This document shows, piece after piece, positions 41,584 to 54,362 of a stretch of DNA of 64,000 nucleotides. This DNA is from Octopus vulgaris (Eukaryota): assembly GCA_951406725.2 (NCBI GenBank), contig OX597839.1, positions 31,372,001 through 31,436,000 of the forward strand, given 5' to 3'. The first letter of the stretch is position 1, and each line of letters starts with the position of its first letter. A program made the position numbers and the translations under genes. The notes beneath the pieces are model-generated. The model did no database searches. It was not told the DNA's origin and saw nothing but the letters and a program-made list of their open reading frames with translations.

Positions 41584-42370
41584 AATGATGTCTGAACTAA
41601 TTCTAATCAAAGCTAACCTGGAGCCACACAACAGCAGAAAGCTAATGGCAGTAAACTGTGCTGTAAATTTTACCATTTTTCTGTTGCTTCTAAAATTAAT
41701 TTCTTTTTGACAGAGACGTTTGAAGACTTATTCACGAGAATCATTTCTATGTTAAACTTAGAAGAAGAACACTTGACAACATTTACACCTGACAACACCC
41801 GACTTTTAGCAATAATTGTTCAGTATTTGGAAACACAATTTCTTCTTATTCTTTTTTTTCTTTTTCTTTTTATTTTTCAATAATGAAAATTCCAATCGTG
41901 AGAGAGACTTGACACAAACACCTGAAGGAAAGCAGGTAATGGAACAGGCCCAGGCTTTTTGTTTTTGTTCAGACAAAATTTTGATGAAGATGTAACAATT
42001 CCAGCTCCCTACCCCCCCCCCACCCTTGCTAAGATTTGCCGTTTCAGATGTCTCGATTCTTTTCTCTGCATTTCAATATTTCCCTCACACGCCTGAATCC
42101 CTTCCCAGAATAAAACAATGGCAGGACGGCTGCTGCAAGTCAGGTGAAGATGCAATATAAAACTGCATTTATTAGGAAATTGAATGTTCAACTATTCCCC
42201 TTCCACCACTAACCCCTGCGTCAACTTTGTGTCTCAATAACTATTCAGGGGTTGAATGTGTATATATACATCTATCTACCTTATCTATCTTTCTATCTAT
42301 ACATCTGTCTATCTTATGATGATAATGATAATAATAACAACAACAATAATAATAATAATAATAATAATAA

Positions 42371-42626
42371 TGGTGCTCATGGGAACTGCTCATATCCTAC
42401 GCAAAATACTTTCTATGTAATCTCAAGGTTTAAAACAATCCTAATTTTCGGTTTTAAAAAAAATTTTGTTTTTTAGACATTCATTAGTACAACACCAAAA
42501 CTCCCCCCCAAATATATGGCACACTAGGCATAACAACAACATGAACTTCCAACCTGTTGTCTCTTGAGGTCTCTGTGTGAGACTTGGAGCCAACTTGTAC
42601 AAATATAAAGCAAAAGTCAAACATAG

Positions 42627-42627
<1 letters not shown>
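42371..42627 (+). mobile_element. Severely 5'-truncated R4/Dong-type retrotransposon 3' end (second family)
   Basis: 42373-42420 reads VLMGTAHILRKILSM*, the typical R4 C-terminus. The 3' UTR motif TGAGGTCTCTGTGTGAGACTTG resembles TGAGGTCCTTGGTGTGACTTG in the 12881 element. (TAA)n on both sides. Confidence 0.75.
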
Positions 42628-42657
<30 letters not shown>

Positions 42658-42799
42658 TGAACGAACTAGTGAGTTTAGTTTAATGGCCTACCGATGTATA
42701 CTATGAATTTCTTTGCCCTAGGAGTCGGGAAGACACTCGGCAAGAAATGGAAGCAAATTTAAAGAAGAAAAAAAAAAGATAATAATGATAATAATAATA

Positions 42800-43010
42800 A
42801 TTTCAAATTTTGGCACAAGGCCAGCAAGTTTGAGTGGGGAGGAAAGTCAATTCCATTGGCCTCAATGCTAAACGGGTACTTATTTTATCGAGTCTGAAAG
42901 GATGAAAGGCAAAGTCAACCTTGGTGGAATTTGAACTGAAACTAAAAATGGCATTTCATCTGTCGAAGCATTTTTGCTCTGCCTGGTAACAAGTTTGTCA
43001 ACTCACTGTC

Positions 43011-43072
<62 letters not shown>

Positions 43073-43512
43073 AATAATAATAATCCTTTCTACTAAAGGT
43101 AAAAGACCTGAAATTTTTGGGGAGGAGACTATTCGATCACATTGATTGCAGTGTTTTACAGGTACTTAATTTATTGACCCTGAAAGGCAAAGTCGACTTT
43201 GGCAGTATTTGAACTCAGAACCTGTAAGACGGACCAAATACCACTAGGCATTACACCCAGCATGCTATGAATGCTGCCAGTTCATTGCCTTTATAGTAAT
43301 AAAAATCCTTTCTGCCATAAGTGCACAAGGCCTGAAATTTTGAGAGACGAGGTCAACTAGCCTCGTCTCTCAAAATTTGACTACCTCAGTTCCAAAAGGA
43401 TGCAAGACAAAGTTAACCTCAGGGGTATCTGAACTCAGAAGCCTAAAAATCAGTTGAAATGATGCTCAGCATCTTCTCTGACATGCTTATGGTTCTGCCT
43501 GCTCAATGCTGT
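42800..43512 (-). mobile_element. Three tandem SINE family A copies separated by (TAA)n or AT-rich spacers
   Basis: GAAAGGCAAAGTCRAC...GAACTCAGAA motifs. Confidence 0.72.
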
Positions 43513-44071
43513 AAGAATAATAATAGTCATCTTTACCTCAGAGTTTTGCGGAGATGAGGAAGTCAGTTATATTGAACCTAGTCTTAACTGAGAATGATGA
43601 AAGTCAAAGCTGACCTCATCTGATCTGTGAGTTTCTAGGTTTGTTGTTGATGGGAAACTATTAGTTGAGCACAAGTGTCTCAGAGAAGATCAATTTTTTT
43701 TTTCTTTGCAAGCAGAATCTTTAAATAAATTAATGTATGTCTAAAAATAAAAAGATTAAAAATTATTGTATTTCATCTGTTTCATTAACTTGAATATTTT
43801 CCAACCATAAAAACAAACAAAGAGCAGATTAAACAGATCAGATCAAAAAAAAAAAAATGAAAAAAATGCTAAAATAAAAATATCATGGAAAACCTCAAGT
43901 TTCATAACTATTAATAAAAATTTAGTCAAAAATAAAAAAAAAATAGGAAAGAAATTGCTATCATTTTTGAAAGCATAGCTAAAACTCTTACCATTAATTA
44001 TTATTATTTTTATTATTATTATTATTATATTATTATTATTTTCATTATTATTATTATTATTATTATTATTT

Positions 44072-44290
44072 AAGACAGAGAGCTGGTAGATTTGTTAGTA
44101 TGCCAGGTGAAATGCTTAGTGGTATTTTGTCTGTTGCTATGTTCTGAGTTCAAATTCTGCTGAGGTCGACTTTGCCTTTCATCCTTTCGGGGTCGATAGA
44201 TTAAGTACCAGTCAAGTAGTGGGATCGATGTGATAAACTGTCCCCCTCCCCACAAAAATCCAGGCCTTGTGCCTATAGTGGAAAGGATTA
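44072..44290 (+). mobile_element. SINE family A, full-length
   Basis: GAGCTGGTAGA...GAGTTCAAATTC...GCCTTTCATCCTTTCGGGGTCGATAGATTAAGTACCAG...GAAAGGATTATT, within (TTA)n. Confidence 0.8.
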
Positions 44291-44537
44291 TTATCAATAA
44301 TATTAATACGCTAACTTTTTGCTTTTGTACATACCTGATGTGTGTGTCACACTTCAAAGAAGTGGCAAAAGGAGAGAGGAGGACAGAGAGAAAGAGAGAG
44401 TGAAAGAGAGAGTGAGTAGTGATGGTGTTTGTTTTGTGTTTTTAAATGTTTATCACATCGCAAGAGAAGTAGATACATAGATACACATTGTTAAATATGT
44501 ATATGTATCTAACAGCTTATCAGTTGCAGAAAGTTCC

Positions 44538-44788
44538 CACAAGCTCTATCTGCGACGATTTCATCTCAATCGAAGGAGAGGGGCTTTCTCCGTCCAGGTT
44601 GCGGATCCGTGGAATAAGCTGCCGGACGAGATGGTGAAGATGTCGACGACCGCTCGGTTCAAAGTCTCCCTTGACCACAAGTGGCCTGAACTCTTTACAT
44701 GAACATCACCCTGTACATAACTCCATGTTCCCCTACATGGCCTTGCTTTTTGCTTTTTGAGCCAAAAATTAACTAACTAACTAACTAA
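44538..44788 (+). mobile_element. 3' end of a CR1/L2-group LINE with (AACT)n tail
   Basis: HKLYLRRFHLNRRRGAFSVQVADPWNKLPDEMVKMSTTARFKVSLDHKWPELFT* matches the FS..V...WN.LP..........FK..LD C-terminal pattern of CR1/L2 ORF2. Followed by a short 3' UTR and tandem AACT. Confidence 0.82.
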
Positions 44789-45640
44789 CCCTTTTTTATA
44801 TTGAGGGGAGCTGATCCACATTCAGCTTTATGTTGTGACCCTGAAACAAATTTGAACCCCTGAAGCCCCACCCAAATTAGTGGTTCAATACTGTATTTAT
44901 TTGTTAGTTTTTTTTTAGCTTTAGATGAGTCAACCAAGAGAAAGAGAAATCAAATTGAAAGATGTGAAGAAACTGGAAAACAGCTGATGTTTGTGAAATG
45001 ACAAACAAAAGAGAAATGGAAAAAAAAAAAGAAACGAAATGAATAAAAAGAAAAGAAAATGTAGATGGATGACATTAAAGACAACATCAAGATGATGGAG
45101 AAGAGAAGCAATGAGGAAATTGCTTCCACATTCAGCTTCAGTGCAAGATGCAATGGTGTACCCTTCTGGGCTCTGACTTTTATTTCACTTCCCTACTTCG
45201 AGAAGATGTTTGGAATCTTCAACAGAAATGGTGTCAGTTCAGTTAAAGAAACAAAACAAGGAAAAAAAAAATCCCATTTATACAATGAACGGGTGTCTAT
45301 GAATTTTACAACAAAATCATTGACTGCTTTATTGTACACACACACACACACACACACACACACTGGTATTAAAAAGCAGTGGTGATGGTGCTAGATAAAA
45401 AGCAGCCAGTACATCATGTAAAATGGTTTGTGTTAGGAAGGGCATCTAGCTGTAGAAACCATGCCTAAACAGGTAAGTGGAGTGTGGTGCAGCCCTCTGG
45501 CTTGCCAGCTCCTGTCAAATCATCCAACCCATGCCAGTATGGAAAAACCATTAAATGATGAGGATGATGATGATGGCATACCTTCACATATATATTTAAT
45601 CACACACACACACACACACATTTACGACACATAGCAATAG

Positions 45641-45821
45641 GTTCTATATTAAAGAGATGAGGAATCACGTACATTATTTACATTATTTACATTCGACGGA
45701 TATTTGTCCTCATCTTGTTTGTTGATGACACAACGTTTCGGTTGATATACCTTCCAGCCTTCATCAGGTGTCTTGGAGAAATTTTGAACCTGGGTTCTCA
45801 TTCCTAAGGTAGTTTTCCATG

Positions 45822-45876
<55 letters not shown>

Positions 45877-46025
45877 CATTATTATTATTATTCAGGTCAC
45901 TGCTTGGAATCGAACTCGGAATCTTGGGGTTCGTAGAAGGCTGAAGGTTATATCAGCAATAACGTTGTGTTAACAACAAACAAGATGACGACAAATATCT
46001 GTCAAATGTAAATAATGTAAATAAT
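45641..46025 (-). mobile_element. Penelope-like non-autonomous element: tRNA-like segment, (TAA)n, hammerhead-like motif and tail, with an adjacent inverted partial copy
   Basis: The minus strand reads GAGTTCGATTCC (B-box-like), (TAA)n, CTGATGA...GAAAC, then an AT-rich tail. 45936-46025 is a diverged reverse complement of about 45672-45762. Confidence 0.65.
45727..45772 (-). ncRNA. Minimal type I hammerhead ribozyme-like motif
   Basis: GACAC-CTGATGA-A-GGCTG-gaaggtatat-CAACC-GAAA-CG-TT-GTGTC: helix I of 5 bp, intact core, helix II with one mismatch, loopless palindromic helix III (AACGTT). Confidence 0.65.
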
Positions 46026-46229
46026 AGCAATGGGGTACAACACATTCCCAGTGTGGGAGATTTGGTTGCTACTTCTAGCAGATTGCATGACTCCCTGTTT
46101 GAATGATAGTGGTGATTGATATCTGTGATTCTGGTTTGCTCCAACAACTGAAGCAGTCGACCCTTAGACCACACTACACCCTATAAGAGGGGAGAGGGTC
46201 AGCCATGGGGATTCCACTGGGACCTAGAT

Positions 46230-46392
46230 CAGTGGTTCTCAACCAAATTTTAACTCATGGACCTCTTTTGATTCCTATTTTACTGAACTGGTCCCTCCTA
46301 CCCCTTTGATGTTTAAAAAAAATCCTATTATAATTTTATAAATTAAATATTAGAAGCAATTGTAGGAAAAAATTGTTAAAATATTTTGTGTC
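46230..46392. mobile_element. Partial hAT MITE related to 30444-30725
   Basis: Starts CTAGAT|CAGTGGTTCTCAACC. The AT-rich interior resembles the reverse complement of the 30444 element. Confidence 0.55.
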
Positions 46393-46739
46393 ATCATCGG
46401 ACGTTTTATCGTGTGTCCGAAAATTTACTTGGTTTCTTCTTGACCACTTCTTCCCCTCTGACCGTGTTTATGCCTCTGATGACTAATGACTCTTGCATGG
46501 AAGTGTCTGTCACAAGGGACCCATGGTGGGGATTCTGGTGTCACAATTATGATCCGTCCTTGATACAATCGCAGTGGAATGGCATCAGTGACTGGGTTGT
46601 AAATGTCTAATGAAAATGTTGACAGCTTTTGAAATGAATTTAAATTAGATTTAACGACTTCATGTGCAATTAAATGGGTTTTTTTTATGATGGAATGACT
46701 TCAATTTCAGCACAAAATCACAGACCAGGCCTGAATCTC

Positions 46740-47045
46740 CATCAGTTATGATGAAGAGTGTTCAATCACCAGAACAGCCAGCTCATGAAATGCTTGTGCA
46801 TGTGGCTGAGTACTCAACACACACACGTACCCTTAATGTAGTTCCCAGGGTGATTCAGCAAGACACAGAATGTGACAAGGCTGGCCCCATTGAATTACAG
46901 GTACAACTCAATTTTGCCAGCTGAGTGGAGTGGAGCAATGTGAAATAAAGTGTCTTGCTCAAGGACATGATATGCCACCAGGAATCGAACTCATGACTTT
47001 ATGATTGTGAGCTGAATAGCCAAGGGACTGAGCCACATGTCCTCA
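46740..47045 (-). mobile_element. SINE family D (tRNA-like head, CORE-like TCCTTGAGCAAGACACTT)
   Basis: Minus strand GTGGCTCAGT...GAGTTCGATTCCTGG...TCCTTGAGCAAGACACTTTATT. Related copies at 33220-33535 and 36078-36240. Confidence 0.72.
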
Positions 47046-47357
47046 CCCAAGTACCCTGATCAAATCAGTCCCTGGATAACAACAAACTCTAAAAGAATAA
47101 TCATTGTTTTTGACATCCTAAGAAACTTCCCCAAAGCCAGCCCTTTGACCCTTTCTTTCCAAAAGGGGTTTTAACCTAATATTTACCCCTGATTGTTTCA
47201 ATAACTTTATTCGGTTTGAGTTCACCATTCCTGTAAACATTGTTTACAGGAATAATAAATATGTCCAAAGGGTGAACAGCGGGGAGGGAATTTTCGACTG
47301 CAAAGGTTGAAAGATCGAGACAGGTAGGGGTAAGATGGGCCTTGGGTCAGAAAAACA

Positions 47358-47389
<32 letters not shown>

Positions 47390-47777
47390 TTATTTTGCTT
47401 GAACTTTAAAGAAAGGAAAGAATGCTTTTTTTTTATGGTAAAATAAAAAAAGATATTTCAGAGCAGCAAAATCAAATACAATAAAATAATATCCAATAAA
47501 ATGTAAAAATTACATTGAAATATTTTATTTCCCGTGAAATATTTTTTATTTCTAATTTAACTCAATGTTTCCAAATAGATTTTATTAACTAAAATTGCTA
47601 TATATAAATTCCTTTCAACACCTCAAACCCCATCTATTACAGTTTAAAAACCAGCAAACAGACATTACTGGAAACTGGCCAAACTTTACAACAATCTCAA
47701 AACATTTTCACACAATTTCATTTCTATGTCTTTCTTTCTTCTCTTTCCTTCTTTCTCATTATCCTTCCATCTATATG

Positions 47778-47829
<52 letters not shown>

Positions 47830-47830
<1 letters not shown>

Positions 47831-48047
47831 GGCTGTGAGCTGCCAGAATCGGTAGCACACTGGGCAAATGCTTCATGGCATTTTGTCCATGTTTAACTTC
47901 TCGGTTCAAATTCTGCCAAGGTCAACTTTGCCTTTCATCATTTGGAGGGGTGGGGTCGATAAAATAAGGACCATTTGAGCACTGGGATCGATGGAATTGT
48001 TTTATCCCAGCCCTGAAATTGCTGAGCTTGTGCCAAAATTTGAAACC
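47830..48047 (+). mobile_element. SINE family A, full-length
   Basis: Same motifs, with (TTA)n on both sides. Confidence 0.78.
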
Positions 48048-48954
48048 ATTATTATTATTATTATTATTATCATTATTGTTTGTTGTTATTATTGATATTG
48101 TGGTGCCCTCACTCCCCTCGACGCCCTAAACATCATCTGCTTATTTTGCTTAATGGTTCATCCAGCACTGGTAATTATAGACAAAGTCTATGGCATGAGA
48201 CACTTGTCTATGACATCATACCATGGGATTGAACCCAGAACTATGTGGTTGCATGCCAAATACCTTAAACACACAAACCATACCTGCTGCTGCTGGTGTT
48301 GTTATCCTTATTTTAATTAAATCCCTAATATGCCACATGAAAGGTAAATGCTTTGTGGACCCTAAACGAGGTACATTACAAAAAGGTGTTTAGGTTCAGT
48401 TTTATGGAAATACGGAAACGTGAGAGAGAAATCTCCTTCGAATGTCCGTGTGTCATCGATGACATCATCATTAGATCCAGTATTTATTGTCAACAATTTG
48501 ACAAACTCCAACGTATCAAACCAAACATGCTGCAGCCCCAATTAAACAACAAAATATTGCCATGCAGCCAATTTGAACTGCAATCCTGATAATTGCTGGT
48601 TTAGTGCTGTCTCCACTCAGCGAGTTGACCTCAGCTGAAAAAGGAATCGACTTCATACGATCTTGTTTCTCTTCACACAATAAATCTGACATCTTATTCC
48701 GATGAAATAAATAATCAATAATTAGGCTGGTGCAGGAGTTCACTGGAGTCTTTATGTTATCCAAACCAGTGTTATCAATAACGAATAAATGTCTTCAGAG
48801 ATTAAAGAGGACCATAAAGCAAAAAAAACCACAGAAAACGTAGACTCTTGTTCATTATATTTGTCATTAATCAGCAAAGCACTTGACAAGATACTCTTTA
48901 GAGGTGATTTCTATTACGAAAGGTTACAAAATCAAATGCTATTCATCACAGATG

Positions 48955-48995
<41 letters not shown>

Positions 48996-49257
48996 CACAC
49001 ACATGTGATAATGTATGTGTGTGTGTGTGTGTATAAATATATACTCATTTATTCTTTTACTTGTTTCAGTCATATTGACTGTAGCCATGCTGGAGCACTG
49101 CCTTTTTAGTTGAAGAAATTGATCCCTAGACTTATTCTTTTTAAGCCTGGTACTTATTCTATTAGTTTCCTTTGCCGAACTGCTAAGTTATGGGAACGTA
49201 AACACACCACCATCGGTTGTCAAGCGATGGTGAGGGGACAAATACAGACGCAAACAC

Positions 49258-49338
<81 letters not shown>

Positions 49339-49920
49339 AAGGGTTTCTTTCAGCTTCCTTACACTTATTCCATTGGTCTCTTTTGCTGAACTGCTAAGTT
49401 GCAAATATATAAACAAACCACCACCGGTTGTCAAAAGGTGGGTGGGGGAACAAACACCGACATAAAGACACACAGACACACTCACACATAAATATATGAC
49501 AGGCTTCTTAAAGGCTTTGGTCGACCAGAGACTATAACAGAAGACACTAGCCCAAGGTGCCACTCAATGGGATTGAACCCAGAACCATGTGATAGGGAAG
49601 GAAACTTCTTACTACATAGACATGCTTGTAAATAACAGTGCACACACACACACATACACACACTCACACAAGTGTGCAGTCAAACACAGAATGATCTAAT
49701 TACTATTGATAGTTAAAATTTCTAATCCTTTGTGTGTGTGTGTGTGTGTGTGTGTTCCACATCACTTTACAATGTCTGATAATTGATGTTCTGCCTTAAA
49801 GTGGAGCGTTTTGAAATTTAAAATGACAAAGGGTTGATAAGGTTATCATAAATAATGCAAAATATAATTTAACTCTGGAAGAAGCAGTTATACTAAGTGT
49901 TCTTAAGGCTGATACTTGTC

Positions 49921-49977
<57 letters not shown>

Positions 49978-49996
49978 TGTACATCATCTCCAAACC

Positions 49997-50060
<64 letters not shown>

Positions 50061-50067
<7 letters not shown>

Positions 50068-50334
50068 ATCACGTGACCGACCAGACCATCAATGCGTTCG
50101 CATTGTTTTAGCCTTCGAACGACGCCACCCCGCTGGCTAAGTGAGCAGGCCAACAGATGAAAGTGGGAGAAAGAGTGGTGAAAGAGTACAGCAGGGATCA
50201 CCATCCCCTGCTGGAGCATCGTGGAGCTTTTAGGTGTTTTCGCTCAATAAACACACACACCGCTCGGTCTGGGAATCGAAACCGCGATCCTCCAACCGCG
50301 AGTCCGCTGCCCTAACCACTGGGCCATTGCGCCT

Positions 50335-50337
<3 letters not shown>
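50061..50337 (-). mobile_element. Young-looking tRNA-derived SINE (family E) inserted in (TA)n
   Basis: Minus strand GGAGGCGCAATGGCCCAGTGGTTAGGGC (A box)...GGTTTCGATTCCC (B box). CpG-rich, ends TCACGTGATCACGTGA, with (TA)n on both sides. Confidence 0.78.
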
Positions 50338-50419
<82 letters not shown>

Positions 50420-50745
50420 CACACACATGCGTGCACGCATAGTAACAACTCTCTTGCTTGCAAATAATAACATAATATATTTTAATAAATAATAGATTAA
50501 AAATATTAAAATTCACAGAAATGGTTTGAATGAAGATAGAAGCTTTTGAGAGAGAGAGAGAGAGAGGTGGGGGGGAGGATAAAAAGAGTTGACTATGAAT
50601 GGTATCAAAGAGTGATGGAATCGAAAAAGCTGAGAGAAAATAGACTGAGTGGGCTCTGATGGTGTTGATTAAATCTAGGGATATAAATGCACTAAATACA
50701 CACACACACACACATATATGTACACACATCTGCATGTGTGTGTGT

Positions 50746-50791
<46 letters not shown>

Positions 50792-50889
50792 ACACATTTG
50801 CGGAGCCACAAATGCAAAATATAAGTTAGTCCTAGAGCGCACAATGTTCCTGAAGGTCGGCTATGGTCTTCCTCGGTCACGAGTGGACA

Positions 50890-50927
<38 letters not shown>

Positions 50928-53087
50928 TACACTCGCGAGTGGTTGGCGTTAGGAAGGGCATCCAGCTGTAGAAACACTGCCAGATCAGACTGGAGCCTGG
51001 TGCAGCCCCTGGCTTCCCAGACTCCGGTCGAACCATCCAACCCGTGCTAGCACGGAAAGCGGATGTTAAACGATGATGATGATGATGATATATATATATA
51101 TATATAGATAGATAGATAGAGCAACCAGATGAAATTTTTGATCTTCCATTATTTTTCACAGGTTTATTAGACCTAGCAAAAATCAGTACCCCACAGCAGA
51201 GAATTGTACCCCAAAGTAGAGCGCAGTACCCTTCAGCAAGACCCTGGATATATAAGGAGATATCAAAGTAGTTTCTCTGTCTTTCCTCAGCAAACTCAAC
51301 CAGGGCAATCTGTTCTCGCTTTCTCTTCAAACAAAACTAAACCCAAAAGCAAAATGGTCCCTTTCTCTTCTTAATACGACACATTTTAGTTGAATCAAAC
51401 CTTAAATTGCAGCCCATTTATTTCCCCCAGCTACACATGTTGACTGCACTTGTTTTTCCTTCAGTAACATTTTCCTCAATCCGTCCATATTGAGTCCTTC
51501 CTTTTTTTCATTCATTATCAACATCCTTCCCTCCTACCTTTCACAAACATCCCCTATCACTCTACCTTGCCCTTCTCATTTCCATCATGATACCTGTATA
51601 ACGAAGGCTGACATCAAATCTATCCCTTATTACTACCTGATACTGTAACCCTGCTAGCTGCTATCCCCTTCTCCGTGTTAATGGTTACCCCTTTTACCAT
51701 CACCTCTTCAGCATTGATGTAATGAACCCTCTCTGTACAGAGGTGGCTGATCAATCAGGCAGCTCGTTAGTTGTGCTGACGACATAATACCTTTTCTAGT
51801 ATTGGTGTCAAGGTAAAATGTATTCAGTATATTGTATAAAGGGGTCGGTGATAGGAAAGGGACCCAACCATAGAAACCATGTGAAAATATGAGATGTAGT
51901 CTTCCGACAGATCTCGGCGAAGCAGCAACAGGATTAGAAGACAAGAACTGGATTGGATTGTCATGATGTGACCATCCAACATAAGTTGGCTTGGAAAATG
52001 GTCATGATGATGGTGATGATGGTGATGATAGTGATGAAAGCAGTGGTGATGATGATGATGTTGATGATAGTAATAATGATAATGTTGACAACAGTAGTGA
52101 TGATAAAGGTGGTGGTGATGGTAGTGATGATGATGATAATCGTGGTGATGATGATGATAGTAGCAACAACGATGATGATGATGATAGTTATAGTGATGGT
52201 GACTACACATACAACACAAAAAAAAAAATTTGCATAATGTCACTTTTATAAGAATTTAAATTCAAACCTTTGTTTGTTTGTTTATGTTGTGAATGAAAAA
52301 TCGTTTACCCTAGCAGCACTGTATGAATTGCTGTCTTATTCCAGCTGATTACTTGACAAACACTGGGCAGTGGACAACACATCCTGATGGCCTGCATTAG
52401 ATTTCACAGCCCAGTCAAGCCAGCAGAGGTCTATACTTTGGGGGAGAAGCACAAACAGAAAAGAATGATATACATACATCACAGTTTCGACCAGACCACC
52501 AGATGCTGTTATACACCACTGATCACAATGTGCTTCCATTTCTGTCTTGATTGCACCATTCTTTTTCACCTTGACCCAAATTGTCTTCTGCTGGTCTGGA
52601 CATGTCACAAGGTTCACAGACAACAAGTAGACCTGTGCAGTTGCTGAGTGGAATCTAAGAGTTTGGAGAAGGCCACTTGGAAGGCCTCTATGATGATGGG
52701 AAGACATACATACATGTATCTATATATATATATGTATATATATATGGCATACTTAACATATGTGAATTGTTGGAAAGCTAGAGGCTGCAGTTTATGACTG
52801 GGGAAAATCCCTTTATAGGCATATAGTGTTAAAAGACACAATATATCTCAGAGCCAGGTGAAACAAAATTGCCCTGGGAGTGACTGTGAAAGTGGCAGAC
52901 ATGCATTTTGCCATTTTTGCCAGTTTGTCAACACCATGTATGCAGGTCACTTCCAAAACAAGGTCAAATTGGTCAGTCTGAAGTACACAGAGTCAGTGTA
53001 TAAACCATACACTGATTTGCAGTGATGCTGCTCAGTCTGAATAAAATTCAAATCAGGCAACAGAAGCAGCTTAAAAGGAAAGTCTTT

Positions 53088-53472
53088 AACTTTTCTGTGT
53101 TTCAGTTGTCAGACTGTGGCCATGCTGGGGCAGTGTCTCGAGGAAGTTTTGTCTAATGAATTGACCCCAGTGCTTATTATGTTTTAAGCCTGATACTTAT
53201 TCTATCGGTCTCTTTTGCTGAACCACTAAGTAACAGGGACACAAACACACCAACACCACTGGCCAAGTAGTGGTGGGGGCCAGACACAGACAGACACACA
53301 CACATACATGATGGGCTCCTTTCAGTTTCCCTTTACCAAATCCTCTCACAAGGCTTTGGTCATCCCAAGGCAATAGTGGAAAACACTAGCCCAAGGTGCC
53401 ATGCAGTGGGACTGAACCTAGAACACTGTAGTAGGGAAGCAAACTTCTTACCACAGAGCCACACCTGTGCCT
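53088..53472 (-). mobile_element. SINE family B
   Basis: Full set of family B modules on the minus strand. Confidence 0.76.
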
Positions 53473-53728
53473 ATGTCTATGACATATTCAGCATAAATAA
53501 CAAGACCCGGTAATTTTGGGAAGGAGAGGATGAGTCGATTGCATCGACCCCCAGTTTTCAACTGATGTTTATTTTATTGACTCTGAAAAGATGAAAGGCA
53601 AAGTTGACTTCAGTGGAATTTGAACTCAGAGCATAAAGACAGACAAAATGCTTTGCCCGGCATGCTAACGATTCTGCCAGCTCACCACCTTAACAATAAT
53701 AATAATAACAATAATAATGATAATGATA

Positions 53729-53785
<57 letters not shown>

Positions 53786-54014
53786 CTTTCAAATTTTCAC
53801 ACAAGGCCAGCATTTTCTGGAGAGGGGATAAGTTAATTATATTGATCCTAAAGCTCAAGTGGTGCTTATTTTATTGAACCAGGCAGAATCTGAACTCAGA
53901 ACGTGAAGACAGACAAAATGTCACTCAGCATTTTGTCTGTCCTGGTATGCTAACGATGCTACCAGTTTGCTGCCCTCTTATTAACAAATATGATTAATTG
54001 TTGTTATGATTAAT

Positions 54015-54362
54015 TGTAGCTGTGATACCAGTGCTGGTGGCACGTAAGAGAACCATCCGAACGTGGCCGTTGCCAGCACCGCCGCGACTGGCCTCCGTGC
54101 TGGTGGCACGTAAAAAGCACCATCTGATTGTGGCCGTTTGCCAGCCTCGTCTGACACTTGTGCAGGTGGCACGTAAAAAGCACCCACTACACTCACGGAG
54201 TGGTTGGCATTAAGAAGGGCATCCAGCTGTAGAAACACTGCCAGATAAGACTGGGCCTGGGGTAGCCTTCTGGCTTCCCAGACCCCAGTTGAACCGTCCA
54301 ACCCATGCCAGCATGGAAAACGGACGTTAAACGATGATGATGATGATGATGATGATGATGAT
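54015..54362 (+). mobile_element. Retroposon/SINE family C with internal tandem GGTGGCACGTAA units and (GAT)n tail
   Basis: Three GGTGGCACGTAA repeats followed by the conserved 3' module. Confidence 0.78.

Noticed and set aside
50265-50337. Functional tRNA gene
   Set aside because: A and B boxes are present, but no clean cloverleaf is evident and the sequence continues into a SINE body.
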